Virus record (IMG/VR): IMGVR_UViG_3300042562_001598
Coordinates: 218,193 to 282,192 of that record
Direction: 5' to 3' (one strand)
DNA length: 64,000 nt
The notes under the pieces are model-generated. The model saw only the letters and a program-made list of their open reading frames with translations. It had not been told where the DNA came from and did no database searches. Each line of letters begins with the position of its first letter. The stretch's first letter is position 1. Shown piece after piece: positions 49,401 through 60,500 of this stretch. The translations under genes were made by a program, and so were the position numbers.

Positions 49401-50231
49401 ATGTCAACAATAACAATTCAGAGTATAAATTATAGTGGTGAGGTTGCGAATATATTATTCAAACCTGAAAATGTTAATGTGGTTGTTAATTTAGGTAATC
49501 AAGTATTACCTTATGTTTTTAACCCATCAGGGTTAACACCACCATATGATGTTTATGGTACTTACACAATATTGGTATTAGATTCGGATTGTCCGAACAT
49601 ATTAAATGTTCCAGCACCAAGTCCTACACCTACACCAACCCCAACACCTACTCCTACACCTACACCGGTGTTGAAGGCATACTTGTTTATTGAACCAGTT
49701 AGTGGTGCAACAAATATTGGTCAATGGATGTTTAACTCCGGAAGTAATTTCTATGGTTTTACAAATAATAGTCAACCAACACAAAATCAAACTAATTTTA
49801 ATGTTGATATGAACAAATATGTTGACTTTAGTGGTTGGACTAGTGGATTATTCCCAACAATTATTCAACAAACAGTTCCACAAACAAGTGGAGGGGTTGA
49901 TTCCTACAATAATCCTATCGTTGCTTATAACTTCCTAACAACTCAAATACCTCAAAATTATGTGGGTGGTCAAGGTTGGTACACATGGATTATCCCAACA
50001 TCACTTACAAATAATCAAAGACAAACGGCTATTGACTTGAACATTAATAATGTTCCTAATTTATTTACTGTAGTTGGAACTGAAGGGGTAATAAATAATT
50101 ATACCTTCACCTATTCAGGAACGACAATTCCTGCGACAACTTATAAAGTATACACCACATATCCAAATATTATATTCAAGATTTCCGATAGTAACAATAT
50201 TTATATGAAAGGAAATACAATAGCACCATAA
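49401..50231 (+). CDS. Virion protein with (PT)n linker
   Basis: PAPSPTPTPTPTPTPTPTP at ~49611-49667. Confidence 0.6.
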   Translation: MSTITIQSINYSGEVANILFKPENVNVVVNLGNQVLPYVFNPSGLTPPYDVYGTYTILVLDSDCPNILNVPAPSPTPTPTPTPTPTPTPVLKAYLFIEPVSGATNIGQWMFNSGSNFYGFTNNSQPTQNQTNFNVDMNKYVDFSGWTSGLFPTIIQQTVPQTSGGVDSYNNPIVAYNFLTTQIPQNYVGGQGWYTWIIPTSLTNNQRQTAIDLNINNVPNLFTVVGTEGVINNYTFTYSGTTIPATTYKVYTTYPNIIFKISDSNNIYMKGNTIAP

Positions 50232-50233
50232 TT

Positions 50234-52126
50234 ATGAGTAATTTATTAAACAAAATACCGGTTTCACCATTAACGGTTTTAGGTAATCCGTCAGTTCCAA
50301 ATAACGCAATTTTTGGGACTAATTTTAGTGTATTATCTACCGGTGGTTATATGGAGGTCTATAGTATTAACGATTTAGACTTTATAATCCCTTCAGGTTC
50401 AACAGGTTTAATTGAATATTCCGCAAATACAATTCCAATTCAGTTTAATAAGGGGACGGGGTCACCGTTTTCATATGATGTTATAACACTAAATTCTGAT
50501 AATATTTCTTCAGGTAGAAGAAAGATTGGGATGTTGGTTTATGTTATTGAAGAAAAACAAGTTTATCAATATAGAATTGATAATTATGATACTCTATGGA
50601 ACGCAGCAACAGGTGCTACAGGACCTGGAGGTCCAACAGTTGTTGTATCAAACTTTGGAACAACCATTAAAAATAATACAACTGCTGGTCAGAATTTTAT
50701 TGATGCTTGGTTGAATTCAGGTGTTGACGGGATTGATATTAATCCTAGATGGATTAAGTATTACGGGACAAATTTAGCGGTTACAGGTGGAACTTATAAC
50801 CCAAGTATTAATACTTTAACATTAACTAACATAACCGGAGGAACTATTCCAATCACAGGTTTTAGTGATGCAACAATTTCAGCTTTTACATATAACAATA
50901 ATAATACCTTAACAATAACCGATACATCAGGAGGAACATTTAATGCGACAATTGATGTTATGAGTGGTTTAACCGTTAATGGTATAATATCGGCAACTAC
51001 AATAAATGGAACTAATTTATATGTTACTGGTGGAACTCAATCTTTATTTTCAGGAAATAGTTCATCTGAATTAGTTAAAATCATTCAAGCTGGTTCAGGT
51101 GACGCTTTTGTTGTTCAAGACCAAGCTAATGGTGACGCTTCACATTTTGTTATTAATGCAAGTGGTAATACAGCAATAGGTTTAACACAACCATTGGGTA
51201 ATGATAAATTAACTGTATCTGGTAATACTAGTATTTATGGTACTTTATATGCAACAACATATCAAAATTTACCAGTATCGGTTGTTAATACGAGTTCATT
51301 ATTTTCAACAGGATTAAGTAATACAGGTCTTAATGCCTCAGGTGTTACTTATAGTATATTTTTGGGTGTGAATGCTGGTAATGGTGCAACAAATGCTTAT
51401 AATTCAACTTTTTTAAATGAAAATGCTGGTAGAAGTGCAACAAACGCTTATCATTCTAATTTTATTGGTCAACAAGCTGGTTATCAAGCAACAAATGCTA
51501 ATTTATCAAACTTTTTAGGTTTAAATGCTGGTCAAGGTGCTACTAACGCTCAATTATCTAATTTTTTAGGTAATGAAGCTGGTTATAACGCTACAAGTGC
51601 GTCATTTTCTAATTTATTTGGTTATCAAGTTGGTAAATCTTTTTTAGGTAATAATATTGGGACTAATAATATTATTATTGGTAAAAACATATCATTACCT
51701 AATGCGACAACTAACGCAATTAATATTGGCGGTGTATTATTCGGAATTAACACTTATTCTAATTCATCAGGTAATCCATTCACTGGAGCATCATCAACGG
51801 GTAGAATAGGTATTAATGTTGTTACACCAACTGAAACGTTACATGTATCAGGTAATACATTGATAAATGGTCAATTAACCGCTAATACTGTAAATGCGAC
51901 AACTTCAATATTACCGACACAAGATATTACTGTTAATATTGGAACTCCAACAAATAGATTTAGAGAAGTTAATACATATAGTGGAACTACAACAATTTGG
52001 AGTGCAACAACAATAATTTATTCACCTACTTTAGATTTAGGTTTAGATAGTTTAGGAAATAGTAGAATACTAACAGCAAATTCATCAATATTAAATAATG
52101 ATGTATTATTAGGAGGAAGTTATTAA
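50234..52126 (+). CDS. Tail fibre/adhesin-like protein
   Basis: Thr/Gly/Asn-rich; ~6 SNFxG..AG 17-aa repeats; IGI..P...LHVSG motif; ends LLGGSY. Confidence 0.7.
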   Translation: MSNLLNKIPVSPLTVLGNPSVPNNAIFGTNFSVLSTGGYMEVYSINDLDFIIPSGSTGLIEYSANTIPIQFNKGTGSPFSYDVITLNSDNISSGRRKIGMLVYVIEEKQVYQYRIDNYDTLWNAATGATGPGGPTVVVSNFGTTIKNNTTAGQNFIDAWLNSGVDGIDINPRWIKYYGTNLAVTGGTYNPSINTLTLTNITGGTIPITGFSDATISAFTYNNNNTLTITDTSGGTFNATIDVMSGLTVNGIISATTINGTNLYVTGGTQSLFSGNSSSELVKIIQAGSGDAFVVQDQANGDASHFVINASGNTAIGLTQPLGNDKLTVSGNTSIYGTLYATTYQNLPVSVVNTSSLFSTGLSNTGLNASGVTYSIFLGVNAGNGATNAYNSTFLNENAGRSATNAYHSNFIGQQAGYQATNANLSNFLGLNAGQGATNAQLSNFLGNEAGYNATSASFSNLFGYQVGKSFLGNNIGTNNIIIGKNISLPNATTNAINIGGVLFGINTYSNSSGNPFTGASSTGRIGINVVTPTETLHVSGNTLINGQLTANTVNATTSILPTQDITVNIGTPTNRFREVNTYSGTTTIWSATTIIYSPTLDLGLDSLGNSRILTANSSILNNDVLLGGSY

Positions 52127-52167
52127 TAAAAATTAATATAAAAAAAGAAATTAAATAATATATTAAT

Positions 52168-52307
52168 TATTATTAGTTATATATAATATATAGGAATTTA
52201 TAAAATAAAAGTAAATAATAAAATGCAAATTTAATATTAATATAATAATATATATTATTAGTTATATATAATATATAGAAATTTATAAAAAAAAGTAAAT
52301 AGTAAAA
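52168..52307. repeat. Two ~55-bp direct repeats in an extremely AT-rich intergenic region
   Basis: TATTATTAGTTATATATAATATATAG identical at 52168-52193 and 52253-52278, each continuing RAATTTATAAAA..AAAGTAAATA.TAAAA. Confidence 0.9.
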
Positions 52308-52336
52308 AATAAAAATATATTAAATAAATAAAAATT

Positions 52337-53932
52337 ATGGCGATTAGAAATACTCAATTGGTAATTAAAAATAGTAATGTACCAAGTAAACCTTTTAGTG
52401 GTAGTACATTTCTTCAAGGTGAGGCATTTGTTAATACCGCGGATGGTATTTTAATGTTCTCCGGTAATACTCAATCAACAAGTGAATGGACTCCTGCTGG
52501 AACTGGTGGTAATGGTAATTTCTTTGAAGTAGGTTCTAATCTTTATGATTTAAGACTTAGAAATAGATTAACAAAATATGAAGGTATTTCAGGTTCAGGA
52601 TTAATAGGTAAATTTTTATCAGGAACAACAAATGGTTTTGTTTTAGCGGATATTTCAAATATTATTGGTGTTGATACCTATGTGACCGGATTTACATATC
52701 AAGATAATGTTTTTACAATCAAACAAAATGTAGGTCAACCAAATTTAACAGCAACTATAAATTCTGTAACTGGTTTAACAGTTAATGGGACTTTATCTGC
52801 AACAACTGCAAATTTAGGAACTATTAATGTTAATAATTTAACAATTACAGGAACTGCAACTTATAACAAAACTGCAACAGGTTCAACTGAATTAGTTAAT
52901 TACGGAACATTAACAGCATTTACTCAAACAAATGATGTATATGTAACAGGTAATACATTAACTGCCGCTAATAATGATACTAACACACAATCAGCAGTAT
53001 TAGATTACCATGGCACTCCGATAGGTGGTCCTTATGCTATTACAACTCAAAATACTTTTACAACAGGTGGAACATATTCTAATTCAACTAAATTAGTTAC
53101 ATTTAAACGAAATGATGGTTTAACAGGATATACAGTTGATTTAAGTAATCTTGACACTAATGATACTTATGTAACTGGTGGTACTATAACTACAGCTCCT
53201 TCTAACACTAATATTAGTGGTGTTACAACTCTTTCTTATAGTGATAATTCTTTTCCTAACACATACACTTTACCTTTTACAGATGTATTCACAACCGGAT
53301 TTACTTATAATTCAACAAACAATACATTCACTCTTAAAGATAATAGTGGAAATACATTTAACCAAGCGATTAATACTGTTTCAGGTTTAACATTCTCTAA
53401 CTTAACAGCCGGTAGAGTTGTTTATGTTGGTTCAGGTGGTTTATTAACTGATGAAGCTGGATTTACATATGATGCCGGAACAAATACATTTTCAGTTCCT
53501 TCTGATGGAACGGTTAATGTTGGAACAGGTGGATTAAATGTTGGTGGTGATGCGGTTATCCAAGGTTCTTTAACTGTTTTCGGACCTTCAGTTTCAGCAT
53601 TTACTTCTAACTTATATGTTGAAGACCCTAATATCACATTAAACTACAACCCAACAGGTAACACTACTGTAACTTCAGTAGGTGCTGGATGGACAATTCA
53701 AGATGGTTCAGGTATTGCTAACACGGCAACAACATTAAACATTGGGGTTTCTTACCTAAACGCTAACTTATCTCCAAATACTGAATATACTGCAGCAACA
53801 GGTAATCTAAATAGAAATTTCTATTCTCCAATTGGTGATATTATCATCAGAAATACGAATGGTGATTCAAGTGCACCGAATGGTGTGAGGGTATTGGCTT
53901 CTGGGGATATTTTGAACGGAGGTTCTTATTAG
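52337..53932 (+). CDS. Tail fibre-like protein
   Basis: N-terminal IKNS.VP.KP...GE..VNTADG; repeated D.YVTG(F/G/N)T units; ends LNGGSY. Confidence 0.7.
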   Translation: MAIRNTQLVIKNSNVPSKPFSGSTFLQGEAFVNTADGILMFSGNTQSTSEWTPAGTGGNGNFFEVGSNLYDLRLRNRLTKYEGISGSGLIGKFLSGTTNGFVLADISNIIGVDTYVTGFTYQDNVFTIKQNVGQPNLTATINSVTGLTVNGTLSATTANLGTINVNNLTITGTATYNKTATGSTELVNYGTLTAFTQTNDVYVTGNTLTAANNDTNTQSAVLDYHGTPIGGPYAITTQNTFTTGGTYSNSTKLVTFKRNDGLTGYTVDLSNLDTNDTYVTGGTITTAPSNTNISGVTTLSYSDNSFPNTYTLPFTDVFTTGFTYNSTNNTFTLKDNSGNTFNQAINTVSGLTFSNLTAGRVVYVGSGGLLTDEAGFTYDAGTNTFSVPSDGTVNVGTGGLNVGGDAVIQGSLTVFGPSVSAFTSNLYVEDPNITLNYNPTGNTTVTSVGAGWTIQDGSGIANTATTLNIGVSYLNANLSPNTEYTAATGNLNRNFYSPIGDIIIRNTNGDSSAPNGVRVLASGDILNGGSY

Positions 53933-53956
53933 CGTAATTTTAACAATTAACATTAT

Positions 53957-53989
53957 AAATGGAGTGGTTTTACTACTCCATTTTTTTTT
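53957..53989 (+). terminator. Rho-independent terminator
   Basis: AAATGGAGTGG-tttta-CTACTCCATTT plus T-run. Confidence 0.8.
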
Positions 53990-54072
53990 ATATAAAAAAT
54001 AACATTAATAAAATAACCTATATTTATAATTAAGGGTTTTATAATCCACATAAAAAAACATAAGTCATAAAT

Positions 54073-56973
54073 ATGGCAAATAGAGACACTAGATTTTTAA
54101 TAAAAAGGTCTAATGTTCCTGGTAAAATACCAACAAATGGTGATTTGTTGTTAGGTGAACTCGGTCTAAACACCGCAGACGCAATTTTATATACTTCAGG
54201 AACGACCGCAAATACAATACTACCTATTGGGTGGGATAGAGTAGCACGAACAGGTGATACAATGACAGGTGGTTTATTCACACCATTTCTATCCGCAACT
54301 ACAGTATCCGCAACAACTTATTATAACTTACCAGCAACACCTTTTACGGGAGGAACGGTAAGTGGAGCAACCAATTTTACAAATGGTTTAACTGCGAATA
54401 CTTTTAGTGCGACAAGTATAAATAAAGTTGATTATATTGTATTCAACACTGGAACTACAAGTGCTTCCACAGTAGCTGGTACTGTTTATTTTGACAATAC
54501 TGAACATGCTTTATCATATAATACTTCAATAAATCAAGGTGTTACCGTTAATTTAGGTCAACAAAATTATTTAAGAGTATTCAATAATACGGGTATTGAT
54601 ATTCCTAGAGGTAAAGCATTAGAAAACTTAACAGCTTATAGTGGGGTACCATCTGTAACTTTAGCAGTTAATAACCATACAGGTTTTAATATTATTGGGG
54701 TTTCAGCTGAAATTATACCTAATAATTCTGAAGGTATTGCTATCACAAATGGTATTTTAAGTAATATAGAATTAACTGGTATGACAATTGGGTCATTAGT
54801 TTACGCTTCTGATACTGTACCAGGTAATTTAGATAGTTTAAGTAAATATTTAAACTTTCCACTTACCGCTAGAACAAATACTATTGGTTATGTTATTCAA
54901 ACAGGAGTTACAACAGGTAAATTATATGTTAATATTCAGAATGAAAATTCTGCTTTATCTTTAACTGATTTAGAACGAAATGTATTGGAAGGAAATACAA
55001 TTTCAACGGGGACTTTTGAATATACTGGAATGACAACGGCATCAACAACAACTTTTAATGTTGCACCATTACAAGGTTGGATAGTTAAAAATACATACAC
55101 ATATGCTTTAAGTCCAGATGTTCTAGGTATTAATTATACTGGTGGTACAAACATTTCAGTTACTAATATTGCTTCAGCGGATTCAACATATATTTTAATC
55201 ACTAGTGCTTTAACAGTTACACAACAAGTAACATTTCCAACGCCACAAGAAAGAAGAGAAAATATATTTTTGGGTAAAGTTAATCACCCAAATAGAACGA
55301 GTATATTAAACATAAATAATACAGTTGATTACGATGTATCACCAATGTCATCTTTGCGTGATTTATGGTCACCTATAAGATTGATAAATCAAGGTATTAT
55401 ACCTTCACCAAATGGTGCTAATTTAAGTTTTAATACTTCAGCTGGTATTCTTTGGGGTAATGGTATTAATTGGCATAATAACCAATTAAGTCCTAATAAT
55501 GTTAATATTGCTGCAAAAGTACCAGCGTCATTTTTTTATAGAACTCAAACTGGTGGTACTAGTGGTTCGGTTACAGTTATTGACCCTAGAAAATATGATA
55601 TTGGTGGTGTAATAACTACTATTACACCAGCTGGTAGTAATGATGCGACTAATCAAAGAATTTATATGTACCCTACTGGGGTTATTAATGTTTTGTATGG
55701 TCAAACTAGGTATGCCACATTAGCTGAAGCTATCGCTAATATACAATCTGAAACATTTATACCTTACCCTAACGTAGAGTCTACTGGTATACTTATTGGT
55801 GTTCTTTCTGTTAGAAATGATATTGTTGCTGATGGTGAACCTTTAACCAACACTGATTATGCTAAATTTACACTAGTTTCTAAATTTGGTGAAAGTTTTG
55901 GTGGAACTGGTGGTTTATCAACAACAACACTTCAACAAGCGTATGATAACTCAACAAACCCAGAAATTGTTATAAACTCTACATTGGGTGCATTATCTGT
56001 TAAGAATGGTACAGGAAATGCTGATAATGTTACAAGTTTATTTGAGGGTCAAACCGCAACAAATGGTATTACTTCTATTATAAGAGCTGACGGTTATATT
56101 TCAGGAACTACTTTACATACTAGTGGATTTACGGCTAATTCAACAGGGATATCGGCAAGTACAGCATCTGCAACAACAATATTTACAAGTGGTTTTACAG
56201 CCAATACTACAGGTTTATCTGCAACAACAGTATCCGCTACAACATATTATAATTTACCTTTAGATATTCGTGTAACAGGTGGAACATATAGTAGTGGGAT
56301 AGCAACATTTACGAACAATACCGGTGGGACATTCACAGTAACGGGGTTCACTACTACTGGATTAACTACTACTGGTGTAAATGTTGGTGGTGGTGTTGGT
56401 ATTTATTCTGGTTTTTCAGGAACAAGTTTGGTTTTTAAAACTTTGACATCTACAGCAACAACTATTAATATTATTAATAATAGTGATAGTGTTAACTTAG
56501 AAACTAATGCTGGTGTTGCAGTTGTACCAATCGCAACTTCTAATGTTTCAATTGGAACTGGGTCTAATGATTATTATTTAAATTTTAAAGTTCCATATAA
56601 TTTAATAGTTAAAAGTGTTACGTTTAGTGTATCCATTGCTGGTTCTGATAATGTTAGATTTGGTATTTATAGAGGTCAAGATTTAACTGCTATTTTGGTT
56701 GGTCAAAGTGCCGCAAGTGGTGTTTCAACAATCAATACTTTTAATATAACGGCTGAATCTGGACAAAATTTAAGTTTTAATGCTGGTGAATGGATGGTTA
56801 TTGGTGTGGCAGTTGCCGGGACAACAACTAACTTATATGGTTCCGATTGTCCTGCTAATAACGCTATAGCTTGGACAAATACAACTGATAGTGGTGGTGG
56901 ATTCCCTGTTAATCCTAGAAGTAAAGCTGGTACTAGAACTAGTTTTCCATCTGTTGAAATAAACGTTGTTTAA
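54073..56973 (+). CDS. Tail fibre-like protein
   Basis: N-terminal IKRS.VPGK.P...L.LGEL.LNTAD; GDTMTG; twice LSATTVSATTYYNLP; Thr/Gly-rich. Confidence 0.75.
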   Translation: MANRDTRFLIKRSNVPGKIPTNGDLLLGELGLNTADAILYTSGTTANTILPIGWDRVARTGDTMTGGLFTPFLSATTVSATTYYNLPATPFTGGTVSGATNFTNGLTANTFSATSINKVDYIVFNTGTTSASTVAGTVYFDNTEHALSYNTSINQGVTVNLGQQNYLRVFNNTGIDIPRGKALENLTAYSGVPSVTLAVNNHTGFNIIGVSAEIIPNNSEGIAITNGILSNIELTGMTIGSLVYASDTVPGNLDSLSKYLNFPLTARTNTIGYVIQTGVTTGKLYVNIQNENSALSLTDLERNVLEGNTISTGTFEYTGMTTASTTTFNVAPLQGWIVKNTYTYALSPDVLGINYTGGTNISVTNIASADSTYILITSALTVTQQVTFPTPQERRENIFLGKVNHPNRTSILNINNTVDYDVSPMSSLRDLWSPIRLINQGIIPSPNGANLSFNTSAGILWGNGINWHNNQLSPNNVNIAAKVPASFFYRTQTGGTSGSVTVIDPRKYDIGGVITTITPAGSNDATNQRIYMYPTGVINVLYGQTRYATLAEAIANIQSETFIPYPNVESTGILIGVLSVRNDIVADGEPLTNTDYAKFTLVSKFGESFGGTGGLSTTTLQQAYDNSTNPEIVINSTLGALSVKNGTGNADNVTSLFEGQTATNGITSIIRADGYISGTTLHTSGFTANSTGISASTASATTIFTSGFTANTTGLSATTVSATTYYNLPLDIRVTGGTYSSGIATFTNNTGGTFTVTGFTTTGLTTTGVNVGGGVGIYSGFSGTSLVFKTLTSTATTINIINNSDSVNLETNAGVAVVPIATSNVSIGTGSNDYYLNFKVPYNLIVKSVTFSVSIAGSDNVRFGIYRGQDLTAILVGQSAASGVSTINTFNITAESGQNLSFNAGEWMVIGVAVAGTTTNLYGSDCPANNAIAWTNTTDSGGGFPVNPRSKAGTRTSFPSVEINVV

Positions 56974-56984
56974 TAAAAATTAAA

Positions 56985-57533
56985 ATGGATAATATAAAAA
57001 TAGAATTTATTGGTAGTGGTTTAAAAACAACTATTGGTGAACTGACTGAAATTAATAAAAATTATATTTTATCACATCAATTAGAATGTAACAGAACTAT
57101 ACCTATAATTAATATTAATTCTCAATTGTCTTATACAGATTGGAAAGATTTTAATACAATTGGTGATTATTATGGTTTTGTTTATGGTGGTAATAATTTA
57201 ATTAATATTAGTATAAATAATCAATTAGTAGAAAATAATATTATTGAAATAAGGGAATATCCTATTTTCAATAATAATAAAAATTATTTGATGAGTATTG
57301 AACATCTACATGGGGATATATTTTCAACCTATGAATTTAGTATTGATGGTTTTGACATCAATAAATTAAAAATAAAATTAATGGACTTAAACTGTTTATT
57401 ATGGGGTGAATTAATAATAGGTGTAGAATATGATGGTAATAATATAAACTTAAATAAAGGTATAACAAATGTTTATGCTTTTGAACATTTAGTTTTTGAT
57501 AATGATATGATAGTACCTATATTCAAATATTAA
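56985..57533 (+). CDS. Hypothetical protein, very AT-rich
   Basis: 182-aa ORF directly after the fibre gene. Confidence 0.55.
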   Translation: MDNIKIEFIGSGLKTTIGELTEINKNYILSHQLECNRTIPIININSQLSYTDWKDFNTIGDYYGFVYGGNNLINISINNQLVENNIIEIREYPIFNNNKNYLMSIEHLHGDIFSTYEFSIDGFDINKLKIKLMDLNCLLWGELIIGVEYDGNNINLNKGITNVYAFEHLVFDNDMIVPIFKY

Positions 57534-57590
57534 TCTTCATTATAAATTATAAATTTCACACTATTTATTGTTAATCAAACTTAAAGAAAA

Positions 57591-60500
57591 ATGAGATTAA
57601 CGGATAGAGTATTAGCAACGGGAATTACGTCAACAGATTTATTACATATAGTCATTACTGGTGACACAACACAAAGCCCGGAAGGGTCTTCATATAAGGC
57701 GTCCATAGGTCAAATACAAACGTTTTTTGGTCAACAACTAATTATAACCGGAACGGGGATTACATCTTCTATAAGACGAGATTCAGGTAACTCCGCTTCC
57801 GGCAATTTTTCTTCCTCAATTCCTGGGTCAGGAAATACATCTTCAGGTCATTTATCTTATTCTGAAGGTGAAAATACATTATCAAGTGGTAGAACCTCAC
57901 ATTCCGAAGGTGGAAATACTATTGCCGGTGGTGATTATTCACATGTTGAAGGTTTTAATAGTGAAGCTTATGGTAATTATGCTCACGCTGAAGGATTTAA
58001 TACTTTAGCTAGTGGTTTTGGTTCTCATGCCGAAGGTGGTGACACAATAGCTTCAGGTAATGGTTCTCACGCTGAAGGTAAAAACACTCAAGCAATTGGT
58101 ACTTATTCACATGTTGAAGGTTCTTACAATATTGCTAGTGGTATATCGTCACACTCCGAAGGGTATTATACCCAATCCAATGGAGAAAATTCACATTCGG
58201 AAGGTACTTTTTCAATTGCTACAGGTGATAATTCTCACGCGGAAGGTAATCTAACTAATTCTGTTGGTGAAAACTCACATGCTGAGGGTAGTGAAACAAT
58301 AGCTAGTGGTATATCATCACATGCCGAAGGATATTTAACTCAAGCTATTGGTGATTATTCTCATTCGGGTGGTCATAATACAATCGCTTCAGGAGAAACT
58401 TCATTTATTCATTCTAAAGATTCCACAGTTTATAGTGATTACTCAAGTATTTTGGGTGGTTCAGGTAATACAATTACTGGTTTAACTGTTTCTAGTGGGT
58501 CAAGTAATAACACTGCGATTATTGGTGGTAATAACAACTTAATTAGTAATCAGACGATTGATTTAGGGTATGCTAATGGTATTGGTGACTCTGTAAATAG
58601 TACAATAATTGGTGGTCAATATAATAGTATATATGGTCATAAAAACTCATCAATCATTGGGGGTTCTGGTAATACAATTCACTTTGATTTCCCTATAGTT
58701 TATAATGATTCTGAAATAATTGCAGGTTCTATAGATTCGTTAATTACCGCAACCACTATTAGTAGTATTATATCATCTTCAGGTTCAACATTATTTGCAA
58801 CTAATCAAACATCAATATTAGGGGGTAAGAACAATTTTGCGGTATTTTACGATAATAGTTTAATACTTGGTGGTGAAGACAATACTATTGGTGTATTAGG
58901 TAACCCTACAGGTCCTGGATTAAACACCGTTATTGTTGGTGGTAAAAATCATAAAACTACAGTTGGATTAGTTCAATCAGTTATATTAGGTGGTGAAAAC
59001 ATAACGGCAACAACAGACAATACTGTATATACACCATATCTAAATATTCAATCAGCAACAACAGATAATAATGTTACTAATGTTCTTGTTAGAGATACTG
59101 ATGGTTCTGTTAAACTAAAAACAGTAAGTTCTTTTAGTGGAACATCATTATATTGGTATGCTGAAAATTCTACACCACCAACAACAGCACCTTTGGCTAG
59201 TGGTACTGGTTCTATTGCTTTGGGTAATGGAGCTGAAGCTTTGGGTGGTGATATGTTTGTTTATGGAACTAATGCTGGCAGTGGAACGACTGGTGCTGAT
59301 TTTTCTAATTTTATTGGTGCTCAAGCAGGTATTGCTGCAACAAATAGTACAGGTTCAAATTTTATAGGTCCTGGTGCTGGTCAAAGTGCTACAAACTCAA
59401 ATGATTCTAACTTTATAGGTAATGGTGCTGGTTTAAATGCTACAGACGCCAGTCTTTCAAATTTTATCGGAGGTAACGCTGGTTCCAGTACGGTATATTC
59501 ATATTATTCAAACTTTATTGGGTTTAACGCTGGCCAAGCAGCAATAAATAGTAATAATTCTAACTTTATTGGTGAAAACGCTGGTAATAACGCAATAAAT
59601 GCTAATGACGCAACTTTTATTGGTAGTCGTGCTGGTGAAAATACAACTAATGTTTCTAATTCAACCCTTATTGGTGAATACGCTGGTTCTGGGGCAACAG
59701 GTGTAACTGATTCAAATTTCATAGGTAATGGAGCTGGTCAGGGTGCGAAAAATCTTATTTATTCTAATTTTGAGGGTTATCAATCAGGTTTTGAGGCTAG
59801 TGGGTCTAGTTACTCTAATTTTTCAGGATTTTATGCGGGGTATAAATCAAACACTTCAACATATTCAAATTTAATTGGGCATAGACCTGGTTATGAATCT
59901 GTTGGTATTATTAATTCTAATTTAATAGGTGTTGATGCTGGTTATCAATCAACGGGTCTTGTAAATGTTAATTTAATTGGTAGATATGCGGGTAGACAAG
60001 CGTCAACAATAAGTTTATCTAATTTTATAGGATATTTTGCGGGATATTTATCTTCAGGTAATACTGTTGCAAACTTTATAGGTCAAAACGCGGGTTATTT
60101 GTCAAGTAGTTCTTCTTATACTAATATTTTTGGTTACGAGGCTGGTAGTACATCTACAGGTAATACATACTCTAATTTTATAGGTAGAGGTGCTGGTATG
60201 AGTGCAACAACATCTTATAATAGTAACTTTATTGGTTTATACGCTGGTAGAAGTGCAAATAGTTCTTATTATTCTAATTTTATTGGAAATAATGCGGGTT
60301 ATGAATCAATTAATAATACTTATGGTAACTTTATCGGATTAAGTGCTGGTTATCAATCAACTGGTAATACTTATGGTAATTTTATTGGAAATCAAGCTGG
60401 TTATCAGTCAACAGGTAATACTTATGGTAATTTTATTGGTACAAACGCTGGTAGAGGTGCTAGTAATTCATTAAATTCAAACTTTATTGGTAGCTCCGCT

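Noticed and set aside
52168-52307. CRISPR mini-array
   Set aside because: Only two long low-complexity repeats, an AT-only gap, and no cas genes.
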